The position numbers and the translations under genes are program-made. DNA of 62,474 nt, the filler included, from Kipferlia bialata (Eukaryota): NCBI GenBank assembly GCA_003568945.1. It is 4 parts of 4 records of this genome, joined end to end, with 100 filler letters (N's around TTAATTAATTAA, not from the genome) between each part and the next. Parts side by side here need not be neighbours in the genome. Positions count along the whole stretch, not along the records: positions 46,950 to 62,474 come from BDIP01000691.1; 3 more parts are not named here. One strand, written 5' to 3'. The first letter of the stretch is position 1. Every line of letters starts with the position of its first letter. The notes below the pieces were generated by a model. The model saw only the letters and a list, made by a program, of their open reading frames with translations. It ran no database searches and was not told where the DNA came from. This document shows, one piece after another, positions 50,964 through 62,474 of this stretch.

Positions 50964-53900
50964 TTACGCTCCATGTGTAGTCACCACCTCTTGAAGCTCG
51001 AGAGCGGCCTCCTTGTGTGAAATATAATGTAACAGGGATATGAACATCATACTACTACTAGGACTAGTAGGATAGTAAACTAGAAGAGAGTGTCAGTAGA
51101 GGTATTCAAAGAGACGGCGTGCAATCCAACCCTGTGGAGCTCAATGATGAACTCTTATGATACAGGATACTATACCAAACAACCGAATGAGAGTAGATTA
51201 GTATCGTCTTCCATAGTGATCGTAGATCAGCACGTTAATGGTCGGTAGAATAGTGCGACACATGACATAGTATACATATATACACTGACCTGAATCTCCT
51301 CATCCTCATCATACAAGCCCAGAACAACGCAGAGGCATGAGTCAACTCTAGCCCCATGAGCAGAGGCGAAACCACTCCAGTCAGTAACTGCGTTAGAAAC
51401 AACATTGATACCTGAAACAGAGCTTGGCAGAGGGAACTACTAATTGTCTACTCATCCATTCATACTATATCGTAATAGAAACACATACTTGCTGTACACA
51501 GGAGTGACAGTATCCGGATCGCGTTCAGAATTGTATCTCCCTCCTCCTCTACGTGTGTCTCAACGATAGTGAGAATCGCTGAGATTGTGTCCAGAGCCAA
51601 CAGAGACGCTGTTGCGCTCTCGCCTAGATCGGTTAGTTGATACATATCAACACGCCTCCTATATATGGTTCTGAAGACACTTTTGTACTCGTACCTTCAT
51701 TGATGCAGACCTCCAAAACCTCTAGGACTGAGTCAACCACCTCCAGATTCTCAGGAAACCTCTTCAACGCGATCACAGCCAGGGAGTGACCCTCTGTTGT
51801 AACAAGGGCCGATGCACCTGGAATATGAGTATGAATAGTTATATATCCACATCCAAGACTGCTAGGGAACAAGTCTCTCTCGCTATCCCCTACGAAACAT
51901 CCTTACGAAGTTATCTCAATGAAGAGAGTGATATACCGACACGACTTATATACTCTAGGGTACATATGATACAATGAGATAATTACCATCACGAGTGTTG
52001 TTGACTAGACTCTCGAGAGTTGCCCACACATATATGGTAACGTGCTCATCCTCGTGGTACAGGAGCCCGGTCGCGAGAAGAGAACCAACTGCGCCCAGGT
52101 TGAGCATCAGGGTGCAGCAAGGGCGGTCTACCGTCAGTCCTCATTAGCACATATACACAATACAGTGTCAAAGGTGTATATATGAGTCTTGGAGAGAGAG
52201 AGATCAAGAGAGGGAACAATTTGAGTGAAGGTGTCAGAACTATACAAGAGAAGACTGGATACGTACTGTCATCTGCCATTTTTGTCAGAATATAGGAAAC
52301 TGGCTTGGCGACAGCCCGTCTCCGGTACTCCTTACGGAGGGCGAACAACAGAAACCGTAGGTATCGGGCTTCATTCCAATGGGGGATCCTCCTATATCTA
52401 TCTTCTCGTTCTGTGTAAGACATGGATTGAAGGATATGATTTATAGAAAGAAACACTATCTGAGTTCTGCACGGCTGGTGAAACAGAATCCAGTTCTATG
52501 TTCATTCCACATACGTACCTGGGCATAGGTTGGCTAATGTGTCCAGAGAAGTGTCTAGAATCTGGAAGTAAGACATACTATTGAGATACATCATTAATCC
52601 ACATAACACTGGGTAGGTTGAAGTCCAGTTGGATACTCAAAATTTAGAAGCAAGAATAGATATTGTATTATTTAGAAGTGGCATTCTTACCATCTCATGC
52701 ATTGCCACGTCTTCGGGGCGCTCTTGCGAGTGGAAGATATGTACACACGTCATGGAAATTGAACACACAATACCCATGTCAATAGGTTTGAGCTGTACCT
52801 TGCCTAAGAGAGTCAGGGAATGTCAGACAAGAGAACAACACGACAAAGAACAATGACACAAGCGCACTGCAACTTCACCTCTGTTCTAGTAAAATTACAT
52901 ACTTCTGTACGTCCATATATGCATGACACTTACTCTTCACAATCCTGTTGAGGAACCTGGACATTCCCTCCATCACATCTCCGCATGCATTGAAGTGTGG
53001 AGTGATTGCACTGAGCAACGCTCTCATGCAGCCTAGGTCGACAAGCAACTGGGACGCAGAGGGTACTGAGATCAAAACATTGACATGAAGGGAAGAGAAT
53101 ATTGGAGAAAACAAACCATAGACAATGAACAATTACCAAAGACACTGACGGAAAGAGAACACTAGAGTAGGATCCAGTCTATACGACACACATACCTGCG
53201 GAACTCAACAACCCAAAGACCCTCATTATGTTATTCAAGGCGAGATGGTTTCTCTTGTGGTGCGCCAAACAAGTCAGCAGCACAGAGACTCCGCCACCAA
53301 ACAACACTTGAGTGCTGATGCTAGGATCTAGGGTTAGAGCAATGCCTACTATATATGAGTTGGAACTGAGAGAGATGAAGACTCATGCTAATGTAGTAAG
53401 CTGAGACACTTTATCCCCAATATATCTACATCATACCCTCATCACAAAGGGAGCCGAGTGCATATGCCCCCTCTACCGCTGTGTCAATTTCATCTGAATG
53501 CCGACGCATGCACTCAATGATCCTCAGTGCACAGCCCTGTGTCTTCATTCCAGTTCGGACTGTGTCTTGGAAGAGTGAGATTCGAGTGAACCCATATAGT
53601 CTACAATAAGAACTATATATATATCTAGAGTCTATCGGTACCTGTGCCATCTTGTGCTAGCACCCGCATCAAGTACATTGCTATCCTGCCGACCTTCCAG
53701 TGGGTGTCAGGGTCCTCCGTAGATGCTAGAAACGGGGCCAGAACCCCACTCTCATACACACCTACACATCGATCTTGGTCTGGTGGTAAGTGTCTCATCG
53801 GGCACGTTGGTTGAACGATAACGAGATAGTATCACAAATACAAACTGTTTAGTGTGACTACACCGTATCTTATATATCCAAGAACACAAAGTCACACATG

Positions 53901-55340
53901 AACACCCATACCTCCCTCAGCTATCCGTGTGAGGGTGGTAAGAGCCTCGCTAGCAGTTGGGGCGTTCGTCGGGAATTCACCAAGGGCGGCAACAGCCAAT
54001 CTGGGATCAGCAGAAGTTGAAAATGCAAGAAGAAACAACGTTGTATTCATATAGTATATACAGAGCGAGGGATACCTATGGACTCCTCTCTCGAACAGTC
54101 TCTCGACAGGCTGGCCTGGAGGTAAGTATGGTGTTACTTAACACCAGTCTATGTGTACATGCAAGTACATACATATTGATATATATATCACTCCTATATT
54201 ATACTATAATAACAATATTATGTATTCATACTTCACTCGACTAAATCTATACTATAACACAATGTATATAAGAATACATACCTGCCCGTGACCACACAGA
54301 CATCATCCGCATGACACCTGATACCACTCTGGCGTCCCTATGTCTATCGGAACAGGCTAAGAGAACCTCAAGACCAACAGAGTCAAAGTCTGGGATTATT
54401 AATAGAATATACTAACAGTATTATTACTATTAACTATTAGAATTGTAATAATTGTACTTACTATATTGGTAGTAATACTACTACTCTGCCTAGATACTGC
54501 CACAGCAACAAAGATATAGTAATATTCAACCAACTGCACAACTATATCCCTGATTAAGTATATACAATTTTTAATGATGAATTAGTATACATAATAGATT
54601 GTATATTTGTATGTGTCAGTGGTATAGATACAATCACAGACTATTAGTGACTTTTACCTTGGTCTCTAAGGAACGAGCATAGGTTACTCGCCCATATACA
54701 GAGCTGACGTCAGGCACAGTCAATCATAGTTATCAATTCGTAGACTAATTGAGTACTGTTAACCAAAGGAACAGAGATGTAGTACATATGGTGTTTCTGT
54801 ATCACACATCGGCCTAGACTCTAGGTGTTTGTTCGAATATTTACTATACATTTGCTACCTGAGAGTGATGCATATCCATATGTAAGAGAGAGAGATACAC
54901 ACACATAAATATATATTTATCCAAGATTCATTGAATAGCGTCATAATCTTAGAGAATGATAGTCCCTAGTGAAATAGAGTTTTTGTCGTACCTGAAAGTG
55001 GTCCATGTGTTCTGTCAATGCTCTAATGCCCAGAGGGTACAGACCCATTCTGTGCAGGTGTTGGTGTGTGTCTGTATCTGGCTGTAAGTGGAGAGAAGAG
55101 ACAGGGTAGTGACTCCAACTCTTGACGTTGTCGCCGACAAGTTATCGCAAAAACGACAAGGAGACGGACCATACTAAGATGTCTCAACTATGAAGCATTG
55201 TTCCTACCTTCATCGCCTGCTGGTTCGTAGAGATGACTCAGTGCATCTGCGATCACGGATGCGCCATACCCCTCACTCAGCAGTTGCTCTAGTCTCTCAT
55301 GCTGCGACCTCATATGAGGAGGATAGTCTTTACACAGGAG
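50964..55340 (-). CDS. Armadillo-repeat protein (multi-exon)
   Basis: Repeated ARM-type units such as GCALRIIECMRRHSDEIDTAVEGAYALGSL, LVDLGCMRALLSAITPHFNACGDVMEGMSRFLNRI and LVTTEGHSLAVIALKRFPENLEVVDSVLEVL. Stop at 50964-50966. Confidence 0.72.
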
Positions 55341-55519
55341 CTTAATTCATTCATGGTAGTGGTCTATAATATGGTGCCCTACAACTCTTCTGACACACAA
55401 CACAATAGATATTCCTGGTTGTGGAGACATATATCCCTTGGTATACTATGCAGATGTTTAAATGTGTAGATGTGTAGTAGTATAGTAGCAACCAGTATGC
55501 CATAATTGATACCCAGTAC

Positions 55520-56371
55520 CTCAGTTGAACCGCATGTGAGCTTAGTTCAGAACTGAGTGCTTGACTAGCCCTTGGAGGGGCAGAGTCATTATGCTATGGT
55601 GAGAGAGTCTTAGTAACTGTATTCGTAATTGAGTGCCAATTGCTTCAACTACATCATGTTAACTGTACATGTATATATGTAGTATATAGTATGTATTTAC
55701 ATGCATATTCATACCTATCCTATTATACCTGCCCCAATAGAGCCCTACAATCATGTACTGTACCACACTCAATACTGAGTGATGTACACACTATATACAC
55801 AAATATCATGTCTACATATCCTATCTACCTGCCCCAGTATAGCCCTGCACTCCTGCACTGTACACCTAGTCTGACAGGTGGGGCACAGGTTGTGGTAGTG
55901 GGGGTCTGAGGTAATTCATTCACTGATATTATGGACTATTCCACATACGATAATGTGTTGAAACCAACGTCTATGAATTGTGTGTGTATATATTCATGTG
56001 TGTGTGTGTGTTGAGGGGGGGGGGGGTGAGACGGATCCTTGCTGCCGCATCCACGATTATAAGTTGAAGCAATCATATTGATTCTAATACTTCATACTGT
56101 ACATATCTCCCAACTAGCTCTCTGTGCAGACATGCCCCACGAAACAGAGGGCATTTACATATCCTCTACAAATATATACGGCACACATACATATTTGTGG
56201 CATATTTATCTACATGTATATCTGTATACTTCACCCCCTACATATGTATGTGTATATATACCCTACCTAGCTCTCTGTGCAGACATGGCCCATGGAACAC
56301 ATGACCACATGGAAGGATGAGAAAGGGGTCTATTATGAGGGAGGATCATATATATACCAATGAGAGAGAGC

Positions 56372-56405
<34 letters not shown>

Positions 56406-56951
56406 CATGCCCCATTGAACAGATGGCCACAGGGGGTGATGAGGAAAGGGTCTGAGGTCAGTAATACGTATAGATATATACCATATATAGAAGAGAGAGA
56501 GAGAGAGAGAGAGAAGCGGATCTGGATGTGAGGTATATGCATGGAGAGATACAAACAAAAATATGACCGGTGGGTGGTAATGAATGATATATATAGTATG
56601 AGAGAAGAGAAAGAAAATATGGGGAGAGAAGGGAGAGAGGGAGCGGGATGTCCGAGCACCGATTGATTGTGTGTAGGAATGTGTTTAGATGGGGGGAGGG
56701 GGGGGGTACACGTTACCCTGAGAACCAATGTCACGCAATAACTAGTGATAGCACTTTTGTCGATATACGGAAGTAGGGAGTGACCAGATAGAGAGAGAGA
56801 ATAGTATACATATTGAGATATGGGAGGCGGTTATTGTGCACTATTCTACCAGTATTGGTCACTCACATGAAGAATCTGAGAACCACAGAGTGTTATACAG
56901 CATGGGCCTACCTTGTGAATGTAGTGAGCAGATGCTGCAACTCAAGAGCAT
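55520..56951 (-). CDS. N-terminal RING-H2 finger exons (probably the 5' end of the ARM-repeat gene)
   Basis: ATG at 56951. Exons at about 56951-56912, 56329-56268 and 55905-55829 splice to MLLSCSICSLHSQDPFLILPCGHVFHGPCLHRELDPHYHNLCPTCQTRC, a C3H2C3 ligand pattern. Confidence 0.8.
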
Positions 56952-57914
56952 CGCAAAGAGGGAGAGAGAGACGATGCAAAGAGGACAGTGAGTTGTCTGG
57001 TCTTGCTGACCCCTTCATTGTTTTTGGTAAGTTAATGACCTGAGTGACTGAGACAAGGCTCTTCCATCACTACCTGACCTTTGGGTACTGAGGGGCTGAA
57101 ACACGGAGGTAAGAGAGTCTATAGTGTGTAGGACAGTCTGACCGTGTGTGGACATTCTATTATGATACTTGCTGTCACTCCCCTCACTCCCCTCACTCCC
57201 CGCCGCATATGACTATATGTTGGAAGATGAAACACACAGGTCAATATATAGATCTCGATATAGCGTGTTGATCAGTATCACAGTATGTAATCCTGTTGTG
57301 ATTACCTCCGCCTTCCAATATGTATAGCGTTACTGATATATACATATACATATGTGTGTGTAGGTATATGGTTGATACCAATAAATGTCACACTATACGT
57401 ACCAAGGTTGTGTTGCTGTATCAGAGAATACTGTATACTCTATGCACATACCCCCCCCCTCCCTTGCCAACCTTTAGATCCATGTAGATACTATATACTG
57501 TTGTAATTATGAACACACGTGCCTAATTTTGTATTCCTACAGTCTCTCGCTGTGTCTCATATCAGCCCTCTCCCCTATTACTCTATGTGTCTCTCTCAAT
57601 GCACTATATATGTTCTGAGAGTCTCTCTCTGTCTATCATACCAGCCACATCTTCCCACTTACACTCACTCATGGTCTAATACACCTGCCATGTTCTCCGA
57701 GCCTCTATTTACCCTCAATATGTCTTACATACAGGGCCTGACGCTGAGAATAGATCGGCTGGATACTTAACAACGTCATCAGACTTGGTAGGTAATCAAT
57801 CGCTCTCAATAACATCAATCAATAACGTTGTGTGTCTATTCAGGGACTGTAATGACTGTATATATACACACACCTTGTAGGTGTGTCTTCTGTCTTTGGG
57901 GTCTTGCCTCTCTT

Positions 57915-57958
<44 letters not shown>

Positions 57959-58020
57959 TATACATATATTTATATATATATACACCCTGTGGGTGTGTCT
58001 CCTGTCTTTGGGGTCTTGCT

Positions 58021-58051
<31 letters not shown>

Positions 58052-58288
58052 TTATATATATATACAAATATTTTTATATATATACATATATTTATATATA
58101 TATATACACCCTGTAGGTGTGTCTTCTGTCTCTCTCTTGTTCCTCTTCTCTCTCCTATTCCAATGGTCTCTGTATGTATTTCACTAACATTATGCTCGTC
58201 TCTTCTTAGCCTCCCCTCTCTCTGCCTCCAACGCTCAGACGCCCAGACGCCCAGACGCTTGTCCCCGTCCCTATCTGAGTATCTCCCG

Positions 58289-59792
58289 ATGGAACGTCTA
58301 CCCTGGTACACAGATGTCTCCACCCACCCTGCCCAGTCTAAGGGTGAAGTGGTGACCAACATATCCGCTGCTAGCCTGGGAGAGAACAGAGTGATGACCA
58401 CGACTAGTTCTATGCGCCAGGGTATGTTTCATGGCATGGGACAGAGTGTCAAGACTTCTTGGAGTATCCTCACCCTCTCACATTCTGATGGTGAGCCTAG
58501 TATCACTAGCGAGACCATCCCTGGACCCCCAAACCCCAAGGGAGTGTGTGATGTCCAGCTGGTAAGAGTGGCAGATACCGTGGTGGCCTATGGGTCCAAT
58601 CTGCCTTCTACTGCTCATAGTGACCAGAGTGGTCTTTGGTTCATGTGGGTATACTCCATCGCTACAGATAAGTGGACGGAGGTACCCTACATAGACGGAG
58701 ACACTCCTAGTCTTCGCCAGAGACCCCTCTTGTTCGCTGTAGGGGACTCACTTGTGTTCAGGGGAGGAGTTCCATATGCTGTAGTCCGTGTCCCAAAGGT
58801 ATATGTATGTATCAGGTCTATGCAGAAGTATAGCATGTTGTAAAATATATCCTCTATTAAAGGTATATGAATGCATACCCGAAACCATCAAAAGTGGATA
58901 TATTAAGTATGTCTTTGCATATACCGTTTTTAGTCGCTATGTACGTATTCTTGTATATGTGTACATATGTATAGGACCCATACTATCGTTGCATGACATA
59001 TACTGTGTGTTGTTACAACCCAATTCCTGTCTCCCCTTATACTTAGACAGATACGCTATAGTAATGTCGCCACAGATATGTGTATATATATGTGTGTGTA
59101 TGTGTCTGTGTTTGTATGTCCATGTACCTATGTATGTGTATATACATATGAATATATGCACATATATATGTATACTAACTACATACCCTAATACCCAGAC
59201 TGACACCTGGGAGTTGTCGGTGCAGACACACAACTGGACATACAAGGGGGAGTGTGATGCAGTGGTAGACGGTCTACCACTTCTAGTAGACCTCCACAGT
59301 GGACAAGGAAGCACCATTGGGGAGACGTACCATGCGTTCAAGAGAGGTCTCCACCCGGAGAAGTTACTGTTCTATCACCTCCAATACAGCGGGGGAAACT
59401 GGGACGTAGAGCCTGACCTGTGGGGTAGCTCCCTGACTGGGGTTGCGTACTCTCAGCACGCGTGGCAGGGGTCAGCGAGTGCTGTGTCTCTCTCTGACCA
59501 GCACCAGCTAGTCATATATCAGAAGAAGGGAGAGTGGAGCTGGGAGCCAGTCACCACAGAGTGTGTGGTTAGGGACTGTATCTCACTCGATGTAGTGCCC
59601 TTAGAGGTCCTGTCTGTCGATGAGAAGCTTCAGAATGCCACAGTCCTGCTTGTGAACCCCGAGACTCTTCTCATAGTGTGTGCCGAGACGTACATCGTGA
59701 TGACTCTTGACCCTAGAGTGCTGTGTCGGTTCCACTCTAGCATGGTCGGTTTCCATGAGTTCTGTGACAGAGAGAGGGACGACTCTGGATGA
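58289..59792 (+). CDS. Kelch/galactose-oxidase-like beta-propeller protein, two exons
   Basis: Exons 58289-58798 and 59199-59792 are in frame. Kelch-like motifs VVAYG, MWVYSIATDKWTEV, LFAVGDSLVFRGG and DTWELSVQTHNWT. Confidence 0.7.
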
Positions 59793-60530
59793 TAGGGGCC
59801 CTTGCAGTTAGTGATACAGTTGTGGTGGGATAGTACAGTAAGTGCAGCTTTTGTCCTCAAGGAGGTTTTATAGCTGAACCCTTAATGTGAAGGACGCTGA
59901 AATCTCGCGGTATTTGAGGGATGGTACATGAAGACGCATGACGACGTCAGGAGAGTGCTTAATATGATATATTGGAATAGAGAGAGAGAGAGAGAGAGAG
60001 ATCTCTCTCCTTGAGCTAGTATTGGGATAAATTGAGTGCCTTTGATCGTTGAGATTGGATAACAACCACACAGTGACCTAACTGACTCTGACGATTAAGA
60101 CAATACACTTCAACAGTGCATTGTTGTGTGTGCGAGAAAGAGAGATTCTCCAAATGGAAGTACTTTCAGATGATTAGAAGGGGTTTCAGTGATAAAGACA
60201 GAGAGAGAGATAGAATATAGAGATAGAGAAAGATAGGGATGGGGGGAAATATGTGTGACCTCCGCCTACTTACACTTGAGGACGAATACTTGTGTCTTAC
60301 ACTCAAGGTTGAGGCAGAATCTGCAGGAAAGAGGTGTGCCAAGAAGGTTGAGGAGGGAGATAAGGATGAGCCGAAGAGGCCTTTCCAGATGCGACCCACT
60401 CCTGTCTGCCACGTTGGTGAGATATACAGCCGGAATGGTGACACATACGATGCGTACCTCCTGCGGCACAAGGGCCAGACATGATGTGTGTACAGTCCAC
60501 CCTACGGTACATATTGTGTCATTCTCCCCC

Positions 60531-60585
60531 GACGCTCTACAGACGCTCTACAGACGCTCTACAGACGCTCTACAGACGCTCTACA
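60531..60585. repeat. 11-mer tandem repeat (GACGCTCTACA)x5
   Basis: Five consecutive copies read directly. Confidence 0.92.
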
Positions 60586-61971
60586 CGGGCACTGCAGCAG
60601 CACAGAGCACACAACCCATCCACTGAGGAGGACATGGATATCAGGTAAGTTAGTAGTAGTGCCATTATATATATATATATATATATATCTATTCCTTCCG
60701 TATATTTTCTCTCTCTCTCTCAGCTGAAGTCCCAAGATACCAGGTTGGAATCCATAACTGTGACTGTCTCTATATTATATAGAGTCTATATAGACATATG
60801 ACATCCACTCACTCCTCCTTTGATCCTTCCTCTCTCTCTATTCCAGGACAGACCGCCACTATTCTATCTCTCACACCGCGCTCTATAGACATATGAAGAA
60901 TTGTGGCACTATTTCTTCTCGCTATGAGCCTAACTCTTTCATACTTACGTCAAGAAGTGATGTCTGCGAGTATCAATATCTTTCTCTGTTTCTGTCCTAC
61001 TCCCCCTCTCACTATCTTTATCCCTCTCTTTCCCCCTATCTCTAACCCAGCCTGGGTTACCCAGGCATTCCCACTCCACTCTCTCCTTCTCTCTTACTCT
61101 TCGTCTCGCTTTCACGCAGCTATGATCTCTTTGACTGTTTGCTCTCTCTCTCCCTCTCTCTTCCTCTTCACCTCCCCCTTACGCAAACACTAACCCTTTG
61201 TCGCATGGCTGCTTGGGGTGTATTGGCCTGTGTCTATGAAGAAGCAGAAGGAGAGTGAGCGTGATCGATGTGACACTGACCTAGCAGTCGAGTGGCTGAA
61301 TGTGACTGAGCCATGAGCTGTGTGCATTAATTGATTGATTAATTGATTGATTGATTGATTGATTGATAGCTACGACGGGTCTGAGAGTATACACACCGCA
61401 TCTGATAGGGTGACTCTACGCAAGGCACTGGAGACACTCACACCACTCACACCACTCACACCACTCACACTTACGAACACCTCTCGGCAGAGGAGAGAGT
61501 GGCCAGGACAGTGCAGTCTATTCACACACACAAGAAGGAGAAGAGGCCTGGACGGGCACAGATGTTCTATGCTGGCTAGCAGCCAGGGACTGTATGATTA
61601 GAGAGAAGAGGATGTGAATAGTAAATATGATATGCTGACACAGTAATATCATATTACAGTAATATGTAGCTTTGAGGTGTCAGATCAGTCTACGACCTGA
61701 AATGATACACATTATTTCACACATAGTGCAGTCATAGATGTACAATCTAACGCCAAATACATATATTTGGACTAGACCTCGGCAGTTATACAAACGCGTA
61801 GATGATTAACAATGATTCGTTGTCTGTGAATTTCATTAGTAATATGTATGCAATACAATGACAAACAATTAGATTATCAAACATTCCCTCCACACCTATC
61901 TAACAGAGAGTATCTATTGTAATACACCCTGTCCCATAATATATATTGGGTTTACTGACAAGGGGAAGTAC

Positions 61972-62474
61972 TCACACATTCTCTCTCTCTGCCTCACACC
62001 ACTGAGAGACCCCCTCCATACTGGTGTGCGACTCAGGTGACAGCAGAGCAGTGTCAATGTCGAGAAGCAGAGTGGTGTGGGGGTAGAGCACCAGAAGGGT
62101 GTCTCTGTTGAGCATCTCGCACTTGGCAGTGATCAGTGTCGACATGGTGCCAAACTCAACCCTCAAGGGGAGTGGGTACAGGGGAACTACATCCTGAGAC
62201 ACATTGTCCAGCAGCAAGCACTTGGGTAGGAGGTAGTCGGTAGAGACAGGGACGCCCTGCAGCTGAGTGAAGAGGATCTCGTGTGTACCAGAGAGAGGTA
62301 CACCAAGAGTGGCGTATGTTGTCTTGATCTCCCTCGGATACAGCTTCCACACTGTGGGTTCCTTCTGCCACTCGCCCTCTCGGTACTGCATGGTGTGAGG
62401 TGGGTACCCTCCAAGGTGTACGTGGTGTGTACCGTTCCGGTTGTACCCCTGCATGAAACTGAACAAGGGGATTG
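61972..62474 (-). CDS. C-terminal part of a paralogue of the 58289-59792 Kelch-like gene
   Basis: Aligns by eye with the first copy: MQYREGEWQKEPTVW / LQYSGGNWDVEPDLW, CLLLDNVSQDVVPL / CVVRDCISLDVVPL, LNRDTLLVL / VNPETLLIV, HTSMEGVSQWCEAER / HSSMVGFHEFCDRER. Confidence 0.75.
   Translation of the reverse strand, partial: IPLFSFMQGYNRNGTHHVHLGGYPPHTMQYREGEWQKEPTVWKLYPREIKTTYATLGVPLSGTHEILFTQLQGVPVSTDYLLPKCLLLDNVSQDVVPLYPLPLRVEFGTMSTLITAKCEMLNRDTLLVLYPHTTLLLDIDTALLSPESHTSMEGVSQWCEAERENV

Noticed and set aside
60239..60626. Short ORFs around the 11-mer tandem repeat
   Set aside because: No motif, and the peptide repeats merely reflect the minisatellite.

Overview
This is eukaryotic (protist) genomic DNA, not a prokaryotic locus. 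It consists of four unrelated, size-sorted scaffolds (1-15565, 15666-31216, 31317-46849, 46950-62474) joined by artificial N44-TTAATTAATTAA-N44 linkers, so adjacency across linkers is meaningless. Genes have short GT-AG introns (about 70-150 nt, often ending CCCCAG) rich in (CT)n/(TA)n; the style resembles the fornicate Kipferlia, which is my inference only. Recognisable genes: a ~3700-aa type I membrane protein (FG-GAP-like, acidic helical repeats, Ig/REJ-like, GPS-like), partial Exo1, an F5/8 type C domain exon, a TOM1/GPR137-like 7TM protein, partial Nop58, a degenerate PDE, a MATE transporter, RING-H2 and ARM-repeat exons, and two Kelch-like paralogues. Two things stand out. (1) A fusion of a PARP-like mono-ADP-ribosyltransferase, a DEAH helicase and a nucleotidyltransferase lies tail-to-tail with a Macro-domain exon, a candidate ADP-ribose writer/eraser RNA-surveillance module. 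(2) Many introns hold stacked partial copies ('echoes') of the neighbouring exon end plus splice site, spaced about 100-120 nt apart. Several differ from the functional exon almost only at synonymous or conservative positions, which neutral decay does not explain.
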